Shown here in pieces: positions 9,025 to 16,598 of a stretch of 64,000 bases of DNA (its first letter is position 1; each line of letters opens with the position of its first letter). This DNA comes from Candidatus Acidiferrales bacterium (lineage in GTDB: Bacteria > Acidobacteriota > Terriglobia > Bryobacterales > Bryobacteraceae), in the NCBI GenBank assembly GCA_035570275.1, contig DATMNI010000373.1:38464-102463 (forward strand), given 5' to 3'. The notes under the pieces are model-generated. The model searched no databases. It worked only from the letters and a program-made list of their open reading frames with translations, and had not been told where the DNA came from. The translations under genes were made by a program, and so were the position numbers.

Positions 9025-9285
9025 TTACTCCAGAAGGTGCCGGTAATCGCCGGGGTCGAGGCCGAAGCGGTCCATCAGGCGCGGCAGGTCGAGGCGCAGG
9101 GCTTCGGGAGTGTTGCGAACCCAGGCGACGATCACGGTCTCCACGCCCACGCGGTTCTTGCCGTCGTCCTCGGCAATGGCTTCGGCGGCGCCGCGGAGTT
9201 GCGACTCGGTTTGATCGCGGACGGGATAAGGCGTCTGGGCCAGGATCTGGTTAAGCAGGTCTTCGGCGGCGTCGTTCCAGTTCAT
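9025..9285 (-). CDS. Small hypothetical protein (86 aa), possibly PCP-reductase-like (PCP_red) domain
   Basis: Clean ORF with good codon bias. The W..AAE..L..IL...P.PVRD pattern resembles the small protochlorophyllide-reductase C-terminal-like domain. Assignment is tentative. Confidence 0.45.
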   Translation of the reverse strand: MNWNDAAEDLLNQILAQTPYPVRDQTESQLRGAAEAIAEDDGKNRVGVETVIVAWVRNTPEALRLDLPRLMDRFGLDPGDYRHLLE

Positions 9286-9342
9286 GCTGCCTCATTCCAT
9301 TTCATACTGCGTCATTCCAATGCATAGGGCCTGTTCGGTGAC

Positions 9343-10395
9343 TCATTGTTTGTTCCGGTCGTAACACCAGTGCACCAGCGAATCGGCGTACTTGCCCTGG
9401 CTGGTGCGAAGCAGGTCGGCGATGCTCAGTTCCTGGAACGCGAACGTAACCGAACCGTCGGCGGCCGCCGTACCGGTCAGGTAACCGTAGACATCGGTCA
9501 TGGCTTTTCGGCTGGCGGCAACTCCGGCGGGCAGACGGTAGCGGACGGCGCCGGCGGTTCCCACGATCCAGCCCGGCAGGACTTTGCCCTTCCAGGTCTC
9601 GGTGCGAAAGACGTCTTCCAGGTAGTAATGCGAATGGCTGGCCAGCAGGTAAACGCGCTTGTGGGCCGAGTTCTGCGCGTGCCACAGCGCTTCGTAAACT
9701 GCGCGGCCGCTGCGGTCGCCCTGGGGCCAGGTGCTCATGCTGTGATCGTCGCCCAGGCTGCCGGGCAGGGCGGCGTGCATGCCGGCCACGATGGTCTGAA
9801 TCTGGCCCGACTTTTCATCGCGGTCCAGCACGGAACGCAGCCACTTGAGCTGGGCGTCGTCAAATTGGTCGCGGCTGGCGTTATCCAGCGCAATGAAGTC
9901 GATGTTATGGCTGACCCAGTGGTTATAGCTGCGGAGCTTGTGATCCTGCGAATCGTCCTTCAGGCGCTGCGCCTGGATGGCAGGGGCCGTCAGCCAGTCG
10001 GCGAATTGCAGCAGGTATTGCTCACGGGTTGCCGGCGGGATGGTTTCGTGATTGCCGATGGCCAGGAAAACGGGAAGTGCGCCGAAGGGGGCGATCTGGT
10101 GCGCGATGAAATCCGGCCACGCCGTGGTTTCGTAGTCGCTGATGTTGAGTGGCTTGGTAGATATCCCCAGCGAGGCGGGCGGCGCCATGTCCTCGTCAAA
10201 AGTGTAGATGGCGCGGAAGTCCCCCAAATGCCAGTAAAACTCGCAGCGGCCGGCGACCACGCTGGAGGCGATGGCCGGCATGACGATATCGCCGCAGTTG
10301 CGCGAATCGCCCGACACGGCGAATTTCCAGGGGGCGGGCGCCTGGGCGAAGGCGGGCGCCACCAAGGCCAGAACAAGGTACGGAAGGCGGTGCAC
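9343..10395 (-). CDS. Secreted calcineurin-like metallophosphoesterase
   Basis: Signal peptide (LALVAPAFAQA) and phosphoesterase motifs GDSRN, GDF, GNHE, plus later His residues. Confidence 0.8.
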   Translation of the reverse strand: MHRLPYLVLALVAPAFAQAPAPWKFAVSGDSRNCGDIVMPAIASSVVAGRCEFYWHLGDFRAIYTFDEDMAPPASLGISTKPLNISDYETTAWPDFIAHQIAPFGALPVFLAIGNHETIPPATREQYLLQFADWLTAPAIQAQRLKDDSQDHKLRSYNHWVSHNIDFIALDNASRDQFDDAQLKWLRSVLDRDEKSGQIQTIVAGMHAALPGSLGDDHSMSTWPQGDRSGRAVYEALWHAQNSAHKRVYLLASHSHYYLEDVFRTETWKGKVLPGWIVGTAGAVRYRLPAGVAASRKAMTDVYGYLTGTAAADGSVTFAFQELSIADLLRTSQGKYADSLVHWCYDRNKQ

Positions 10396-10441
10396 TCAGA
10401 CTGAGTGTAGCGTGAAAGCCGGGCAAGGCCCTCATCTACTT

Positions 10442-10999
10442 CTACTTCCCAATCGCCACCACTACACTGGCCGCCCGCACATCCAGCTTTTCCATCCGGT
10501 GACCCAGTTCGAAGGGCTTGCCCACCACCGCCGAGGGATACAGCGGGAGCAGAACGTTTTGTATCAAGAAATCCAGGGTGCGTCCGTCGATGACGATTCC
10601 GGAAATTTCCACGCGCTCGACATCCACGGTGGCACGCCCATTGGCCGAACGGATTCGCGCCGTCACGCTGACCGGCCGTTCGCCTTCCAGGATCCTGGAC
10701 ATCAGCCAGCCCGGGTGCTGCCCCTGCGCGTGTTCGACCTTCCCGAAATCGATCAGGGCGGTGCCGGTGACGACTTCCGCCGTACCGAAGTGGAGTCGGG
10801 GATTGCGGACGCCTGCCGGGGCTTCCTTTTCGACGTAGGCAGCCAGTTCCGCCTGGCTGAACTCCACGCGCGTGCCGGCCGGCAGCCGGTCGCTGTCGAT
10901 GGCGTCGAGTTTCCGCTTGGCCGACACATAGCCGCCATCCGCCGCGGAGAGCAGCGCAGAGAATAGCAGCGGAATGGCCGTGATCCGACGCACCTTCAC
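10442..10999 (-). CDS. Secreted hypothetical protein (186 aa)
   Basis: GTG at 10999 (VKVRRITAIPLLFSALLSAADG) gives a signal peptide. The ORF part upstream of 10999 runs through REP-like repeats and is discounted. Confidence 0.5.
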   Translation of the reverse strand: MKVRRITAIPLLFSALLSAADGGYVSAKRKLDAIDSDRLPAGTRVEFSQAELAAYVEKEAPAGVRNPRLHFGTAEVVTGTALIDFGKVEHAQGQHPGWLMSRILEGERPVSVTARIRSANGRATVDVERVEISGIVIDGRTLDFLIQNVLLPLYPSAVVGKPFELGHRMEKLDVRAASVVVAIGK

Positions 11000-11045
11000 A
11001 ATTCTACATACGTGCCGTGGGTGACCGCAGTTGCCAGTACACCAG

Positions 11046-11178
11046 ATGTGGGGCAGGTTGTAAACCTGCGGCGGATTGCTAATCCGCCTGCTGCTGGCCC
11101 AACGAGCGCATCGGGGCTCGCTCCGAACGTCGGCAGGCGGATTGCCAATCCGCCGCAGCTTGCCAAGCTGCCCCACAT
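11046..11178. repeat. REP-like double-hairpin repeat, inward-facing pair
   Basis: 11046..11088 is atgtggggcaggttgtaaacctgcggcggattgctaatccgcc. 11136..11178 is ggcggattgccaatccgccgcagcttgccaagctgccccacat, the reverse-complement orientation. Confidence 0.7.
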
Positions 11179-11253
11179 AGCGCCACGGGCGACTTTCATC
11201 CTTTCCCCTGTGCGCCCGGCGCACATCGCGAACAGATTCAGCCCCACAGAAAA

Positions 11254-11370
11254 ATGCTCACAGGGCTGTTCGCATCCTTGCAAGGACTGGGCCTCAAGCT
11301 GGAACTCCGCAAGGCGCCGCTGGAGGTGCTGGTGTTCGACCAGGTGCTGAAGATGCCGACGGAGAACTAG
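11254..11370 (+). pseudogene. C-terminal remnant of a TIGR03435-type (Solibacter uncharacterised C-terminal domain) protein
   Basis: The 38-codon ORF reads MLTGLFASLQGLGLKLELRKAPLEVLVFDQVLKMPTEN*. This matches the characteristic family C-terminus (..LGLKLE..K.PVEVLVID..EK.PTEN). There is no upstream body, and it sits directly beside the REP pair. Confidence 0.45.
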
Positions 11371-11565
11371 GCTCGCGTAGCCCAAACGGGACAAATTGGC
11401 CCGGAAAAAACGGCTAACTCCTTTGTTTCGACAAAAAACCGGGCCAAACTGGCCTGGACGACCTTGTATTGCTATACGGGATTGCTACACTTAGGACAGA
11501 TTGGAACCGTTAAGTCTGGTTCCGCCGTTGGCACATCCGCCGTTGGAACATGAGGAGGAATTCTC

Positions 11566-12138
11566 ATGACGCGTGGAGTACGGGTGTTTGTGGTGGTAAT
11601 CGTGGCAGCTTTGGTTTCCGCTGCCATAGTCGTAGGCATCAGGTTTGTGCCCGCCGCCGGGCGCGCGGTCACGGTGATCCGGCGTCCTTCCGTTGTCACG
11701 GGAGCCAAACAATCCATTCCTGGCAGCACGTTGGCCGCTCTGCGGAACATCGCGCCGTTCGCCACCGTCACGGTATCCTCGGCAGCGGATTCCGGCGGCC
11801 AGCCCGCCGGCGTAGCTGATGGCGTGGTGGATTCCAGTGAATGGGTGGCCCGTGGCGAACTTCAAGGCGCCTGGATCAAACTCACCTGGGACCGCCCGGC
11901 CCTGGTGGAACAAATCGATCTCTACGACCGGCCGAGCCCGCTAGAGAACGTCCTTGGAGGGACCCTGATCTTCGATGACGGCGCTATGATCCCGGTCCCC
12001 AAACTCCCGCCCGATGGTACGCCCTGGCACGTCAAGATTCCACCAAAGCATGTCACCTGGATCATGTTTCGGATCGACGCCGCCCAAGGCCGCGCCACGG
12101 GCCTGGCCGAGATTATGGTTTTGGGAGACGTCGAGTAG
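11566..12138 (+). CDS. Membrane-anchored protein with discoidin/F5-8-type-C-like (carbohydrate-binding-like) domain
   Basis: GAGGAGG RBS, an N-terminal TM helix, and a C-terminal pattern W.A......AWIKL.W......I.LYDR......GG.L.F.DG typical of this beta-sandwich family. Confidence 0.55.
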   Translation: MTRGVRVFVVVIVAALVSAAIVVGIRFVPAAGRAVTVIRRPSVVTGAKQSIPGSTLAALRNIAPFATVTVSSAADSGGQPAGVADGVVDSSEWVARGELQGAWIKLTWDRPALVEQIDLYDRPSPLENVLGGTLIFDDGAMIPVPKLPPDGTPWHVKIPPKHVTWIMFRIDAAQGRATGLAEIMVLGDVE

Positions 12139-12225
12139 CCACGGCCGGCACCGGCGCTACACCCTGCTATCGCACGCTGCTATAATTAGCGGCGGAGCGG
12201 GGCCGCGATTGCCCTTCCGAACCCG

Positions 12226-12828
12226 ATGCGCCCCGTATCGTTCTGCGCAATTACCGTGGCAGCGTTGGCCACAATGCTTACCGCGGAGAGCCCTGCCCGG
12301 ACGGCCGGCGTCACCATTGTGCTCGATTTCCAGGGACCGCGCTCGGAAAGATCGGTTCAGGAAATGAAGCGTGAGTTCGAGGGAATCCTGAAGAGTTCCG
12401 GCCTCGCCTTTGAATGGCGCATGCGCGACGAGGCCAACCAGGTAACCTCCAACCATCTGGTGGTAGTGCGCTTTAAAGGGAAGTGCGTCCTGGAACCGGT
12501 GGGCTACCTGTACGACGAGCGGGGCCCGCTGGCCTTCACCTACTCCACCGATGGCGCCGTACAACCGTACAGCGAAGTGGCTTGCGATAAGGTGGCGTCC
12601 AGTATCCGGTCCGCCATGTTCGGCGGCGATTTCGCCAACGCCGATGAGTTCCTGGGGCGCGCGCTCGGCCGTGTTCTGGCGCACGAATTGGTGCATATGC
12701 TTTCGAAGTCCCGCGCCCACGCCAGGAGCGGCGTCGAAAAGGCTGCGTTGTCCGGCAAACTCCTGATTGCGCCGGACATGCGGCTGGATGCGGCCGATCT
12801 GGAGAAGCTTCACACCCTTGTCCAATGA
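12226..12828 (+). CDS. Secreted hypothetical protein with HExxH motif (possible small zinc metallopeptidase)
   Basis: Signal peptide followed by AHELVHML (HExxH) near the C-terminus. No further family assignment possible. Confidence 0.55.
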   Translation: MRPVSFCAITVAALATMLTAESPARTAGVTIVLDFQGPRSERSVQEMKREFEGILKSSGLAFEWRMRDEANQVTSNHLVVVRFKGKCVLEPVGYLYDERGPLAFTYSTDGAVQPYSEVACDKVASSIRSAMFGGDFANADEFLGRALGRVLAHELVHMLSKSRAHARSGVEKAALSGKLLIAPDMRLDAADLEKLHTLVQ

Positions 12829-13154
12829 TGGTCCCGTGAGACAGGCATTCCCCGGCATAAAATAATTTGATTCGACATATGGTTCGGAAACTGATAACCT
12901 TTCTGGTGATCCTGCACGTCTGCGCCCAGCTGGCGTAGCCTCCGCTCCTGGTCTTGAGCACTGTGCCCCTGTTCGGCACGCTGAAGCCCGGAGCTTGGGT
13001 TGCGACCGTGAGCCTTCTAACCAAATCGAAAATCCTGCCGTACGCCGTCACGTCCATGCCTGCGGGACGCCGTGGCGTGGTATGCCTGCCTGACGCCGGC
13101 CGCCCCAATGTTCGAGGAAATCCGAAAGCTAATTTCATCCAGCAAGGGAGAATT

Positions 13155-14300
13155 ATGAACGTCTGTCTGACTGACGAACAGAAGCAAGACTTCTTGAAAC
13201 GCGGTTTTTCGCGCCGGACACTCGGCCGCGTGGCCGCAATGATGACTGCCGGAGCGGCGCTGCCGTTTTTCAACGAGTCTGCGATGGCGCAACTCTCGGC
13301 GGTCCGCGGCATGCCGCCGGATGCCGTGAAAATCAACGCCAACGAGAACCCGCTGGGCCCGTGCCCGGAAGCGCTGCAGGCGATTCACAACGTGGCGGCG
13401 CAAGGCGGCCGTTATCTGTACGAGGAAACGTTTGGCTTTACCGAACTGCTGGCTGAGCAGGAGGGCATTAAGGCGACCTACGTGCAGCCCTACCCCGGTT
13501 CCAGCGCGCCGCTGCATCAGGCGGTGCTGGGCTTCTGCTCGCCGACGAAATCCTTCGTCACCGGCGACCCAGGCTATGAAGCGGGCGAGCGGGCCGCGGA
13601 GTTCATCGGCGCCAAGGTGAAGCGGGTGCCGTTGACCAAGACTTACGCCCACGATGTGAAGGCCATGGCCGCGGCCGATCCGAACGCGGGCCTGATCTAC
13701 ATCTGCAACCCCAACAACCCAACCGGCACGCTGACGCCGCGCGCGGATATCGAGTGGCTGGTGGAAAACAAGCCCAAGGGCAGCGTCCTGATGCTGGACG
13801 AAGCGTACATCCACATCGCCGGCGCTCAGATGGGCTCCGACTTCGTGGCCAAGGATAAGGACGTCATTGTTCTGCGCACGTTCTCGAAGATTTACGGCAT
13901 GGCCGGCATTCGGGCGGGGGCGGCATTGGGGCGTCCGGACCTGCTCAAGAAGATCACGTCATGGTCGGCCGGCGCCCTGCCGGTGACGGGCATGGTGGCC
14001 GCCACCGCCAGCCTGAAATCCAAGACCGTGGTGCCGGAGCGGCGCAAGATCATCGGCAACGTGCGCGAAGACGTCTTCGGATTCCTGGACAAGCACAACT
14101 TCAAATACGTGCCTTCGGTCTCAAACAAGTTCATGGTCGACGTGAAGCGCCCGGGCGGCGAAATCATCAAAGCCATGAGCAAGGAGAATGTTTATATCGG
14201 GCGCGTGTGGCCGAGTTGGCCGACCTACGTAAGGGTTTCGGTGGGCACGCAGGACGAAATGAACAAGTTCAAGGCCGCGTTTCTAAAGGTGATGGCTTGA
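13155..14300 (+). CDS. Class I/II PLP-dependent aminotransferase (histidinol-phosphate aminotransferase-like) with twin-arginine signal peptide
   Basis: ATG at 13155 follows AGGGAG. The Tat motif is FSRRTLGRVAAMMTAGAALPFF..AMAQ. Also seen: NANENPLGP, NPNNPTG and the SKIYGMAG(I)R lysine motif. Confidence 0.8.
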   Translation: MNVCLTDEQKQDFLKRGFSRRTLGRVAAMMTAGAALPFFNESAMAQLSAVRGMPPDAVKINANENPLGPCPEALQAIHNVAAQGGRYLYEETFGFTELLAEQEGIKATYVQPYPGSSAPLHQAVLGFCSPTKSFVTGDPGYEAGERAAEFIGAKVKRVPLTKTYAHDVKAMAAADPNAGLIYICNPNNPTGTLTPRADIEWLVENKPKGSVLMLDEAYIHIAGAQMGSDFVAKDKDVIVLRTFSKIYGMAGIRAGAALGRPDLLKKITSWSAGALPVTGMVAATASLKSKTVVPERRKIIGNVREDVFGFLDKHNFKYVPSVSNKFMVDVKRPGGEIIKAMSKENVYIGRVWPSWPTYVRVSVGTQDEMNKFKAAFLKVMA

Positions 14301-15586
14301 ACCTGCGCGCCATTCTGGGAAGCAGATCCCGAGGCGCGCATTACAGCGGGGCTCAGTTTCTAGGCGACTGTTCGGGCGGCGTGATTGCAGCGTTAATCGC
14401 GCTGCCTTACGGTCTGGCTATGGCTTCGCTCATGGGGTTGCCGCCGGTGCTCGGGGTTTTCACCTCGATCCTCACGGCACCCGTGATCGCGTTGCTGGGG
14501 CGCAATCCGGTGCTGATCGGGGGAACGGCCAGCGCCACCGTCCCTTTCATTGCGATGGCGGTCAGGCACCAGGGAATCGGCGGCGCCGCCAAAGTCTCCA
14601 TTGTGGCCTCGGTGATCATGATGGGGTTCTGCGTCATGCGCCTGGGCCGGCACATTACCAGGGTTCCGCACGCCGTGGTGACGGGCTTTTCGTGCGGAAT
14701 CGGCGGCATGATGCTGATTTCCCAGTTGGACACCATCCTGGGCGTGGATTCCGCGGCCACGCGGTCGGCCGGTTCCACCGTGACACAATTGTTGGCGCTG
14801 TTCGATCGCCTGGGCGGCATCCGCCTGGTGCCGCTGGCTCTTGGCATCACCGTGATTGTGGCGGCGACGGCGGCCGCCAGGCTTTCCCCGCGCGCCCCGG
14901 CGCCGCTGATCGGCGTTGGGCTGGCGATTATTTTGGGACGGGTCCTGGGCTTCCATGAAAAAGAGATCGGCGCCATGACGTCGGTGGTGCCGCCGTTCGT
15001 CGGCTTCTCCTGGAGCCCGCAGGATGTCTTTACGGTGCTGCCCTCGGCATTCGCCCTGGCATTTGTGTCGTCGGTCAATATTCTGATCACATCGCGCGTG
15101 GTGGAGCACTTCCGCGGGCGGCACAAACGGGCCAAGACTACCGATGCCGACGCCGAGTTGGGGGCGTACGGCATCGCCAATATCTGCGCGGGTGTATTCG
15201 GAGCGCCGCTCAGCGTTGGAATTCCGGCACGCAGTCTGGCAGTTGTCCGCTGCGGCGGCACCACCCGGCTTGCCAACCTTCTGCACGCCGTGTTTTTGGC
15301 CGGGATATTGTGGCTGGGCGCGGGTCTGGTTTCGCACATTCCTTTGCCGGCGCTGGCCGGAGTGACCGCCTGGATGGGTTTGTGCCTGTTGGATTGGAGC
15401 GCGTGGCGAAGGTTGCCGAAGATGAGCCGCGTGGACGCCGCCGCGTTTCTGGCCACCGCCGCTTCGGTTCTGGCGGTTAATGCGGTGCTGGCGGTGGCGA
15501 TCGGTTGCTCACTGTACGCCGTTCAGGGTCTTTATCTGCGCTGGATGAGGCCGTCCTCACGCGTCCCGGATCTGCAGGTTGACTGA
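14297..15586 (+). CDS. SulP family anion transporter lacking a STAS domain
   Basis: The SulP N-terminal pattern (GD..GG.IAALIALPYGLAMA.L.GLPPV.G) requires a start upstream of the first ATG. A TTG at 14297 overlaps the aminotransferase stop (cTTGA). The protein ends right after the last TM segment. Confidence 0.7.
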   Translation: MNLRAILGSRSRGAHYSGAQFLGDCSGGVIAALIALPYGLAMASLMGLPPVLGVFTSILTAPVIALLGRNPVLIGGTASATVPFIAMAVRHQGIGGAAKVSIVASVIMMGFCVMRLGRHITRVPHAVVTGFSCGIGGMMLISQLDTILGVDSAATRSAGSTVTQLLALFDRLGGIRLVPLALGITVIVAATAAARLSPRAPAPLIGVGLAIILGRVLGFHEKEIGAMTSVVPPFVGFSWSPQDVFTVLPSAFALAFVSSVNILITSRVVEHFRGRHKRAKTTDADAELGAYGIANICAGVFGAPLSVGIPARSLAVVRCGGTTRLANLLHAVFLAGILWLGAGLVSHIPLPALAGVTAWMGLCLLDWSAWRRLPKMSRVDAAAFLATAASVLAVNAVLAVAIGCSLYAVQGLYLRWMRPSSRVPDLQVD

Positions 15587-15616
15587 CGGCCTGTCCCGTT
15601 CAGACGCCTGTCCCGT

Positions 15617-16030
15617 TCATAAAACTGCTATGCCGGTCCGGCGCGCGTACTCCAACATCTTTTGATCGCGCGTAAGCAAACGGGCCCTCATGCGCCTGGC
15701 GGTTGCCATGATGATCCGGTCGGCAGGATCGCCGTGGAAGGATTCTTCCAGCCTCGTGCTATCGATGGCGATCTCCGGCGTCAGCGGCACGAGCGACAAC
15801 CCCGGCGTGGCCAAGGCGTCTCTGACCCACTCCTCGCACGGTGAGCTGAGCTCGATTCGCCCTTTGGCTTCGAGCAGCCCAAGCTCCCAAACCGAAATCA
15901 CGGAAAGCAGGAGAGCGCCCGCGCCCGAGGCCTGTTGGATGGCCAGACGCAGGCGCTGGGGGACGGGATCGATTTCGCCGGATTCCAGCCAAATCCAGTA
16001 GTGCGTATCCAGCAGCAGGGGCGTTTCCAT
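15617..16030 (-). CDS. vapC: Type II toxin VapC (PIN domain ribonuclease)
   Basis: 137 aa with the PIN acidic residues (LLDTH...; ...DPADRIIMATA). It lies immediately downstream of a Phd/YefM antitoxin gene. Confidence 0.85.
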   Translation of the reverse strand: METPLLLDTHYWIWLESGEIDPVPQRLRLAIQQASGAGALLLSVISVWELGLLEAKGRIELSSPCEEWVRDALATPGLSLVPLTPEIAIDSTRLEESFHGDPADRIIMATARRMRARLLTRDQKMLEYARRTGIAVL

Positions 16031-16066
16031 CCGCGTTACCCATCCGCGTTACCCATCCGCGCTACT
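16028..16066. repeat. 3 x 13-nt tandem repeat spanning the vapC start codon and the antitoxin stop
   Basis: catccgcgttacc / catccgcgttacc / catccgcgctact. Each unit carries CAT (ATG on the minus strand). Confidence 0.8.
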
Positions 16067-16313
16067 CGTCCGCGTCCCATTTCTCACCAGTCGGCCCGAT
16101 GATATCGCCCAAGATTTTACAAGTTCCTTTCATGCGCCCGAAAATCTGCGGAATCTCCTGCTCGATGGGCACCAGCCGCGCCACCGGCCGCCCACGCTTG
16201 GTGATGATCAGTTCCTTCCGGCTCTGCTCAACCTCGTCGAGCAGGTGAAGGCACTTGGCCTTGAACTCCCCCGCCGCTATTTCCTGCTTCATACCCGTGG
16301 CCGCTTTAGTCAT
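16062..16313 (-). CDS. Type II antitoxin, Phd/YefM family
   Basis: 83 aa with the pattern ..EFKAKCLHLLDEV......LIITKRGRPVARLVP typical of Phd/YefM. Confidence 0.85.
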   Translation of the reverse strand: MTKAATGMKQEIAAGEFKAKCLHLLDEVEQSRKELIITKRGRPVARLVPIEQEIPQIFGRMKGTCKILGDIIGPTGEKWDADE

Positions 16314-16323
16314 ATGGTTATAC

Positions 16324-16346
16324 CCATGGTCATCTTACCATGGTCA
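16324..16346. promoter_or_regulatory. Candidate TA operator: direct repeat of CCATGGTCA (each contains the CCATGG palindrome)
   Basis: ccatggtca at 16324..16332 and 16338..16346, 10-30 nt upstream of the antitoxin start. Position is typical of autoregulation sites. Confidence 0.3.
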
Positions 16347-16598
16347 GATAGCGTTTTACAAGGTTTGCACAGCCCCCACAGCCCCCTACAGCCCCCTTAT
16401 CCGTTTTCTTGAATGCCCCCAATCCAAAAAACCATTGCTGCGACCGCTGATTTTACTAGACCTTTTCCCTGGACGTACGCTATTCTTGTCCACAACCAGG
16501 GGAAATCCCTTTCCAGCGCCTCGTCGCGCGAACGCTTCGGAAACTCCGCAGTTTCCAGTTTTCGCATCCGATCCATTCCATCACGGGAGGCAATTCAA

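Noticed and set aside
12954-13154. N-terminal extensions of track ORFs: 12954 (aminotransferase), 13961 (SulP), 32764 (sorA), 33875 (sorB), 42974 (coiled coil), 43860 (methyltransferase), 47463, 49122, 50590, 4353, 2285, 29478, 11224, 22800.
   Set aside because: The extensions overlap upstream genes or repeats and lack homology-like sequence. Internal starts with an RBS or stop-start overlap fit the family N-termini better.
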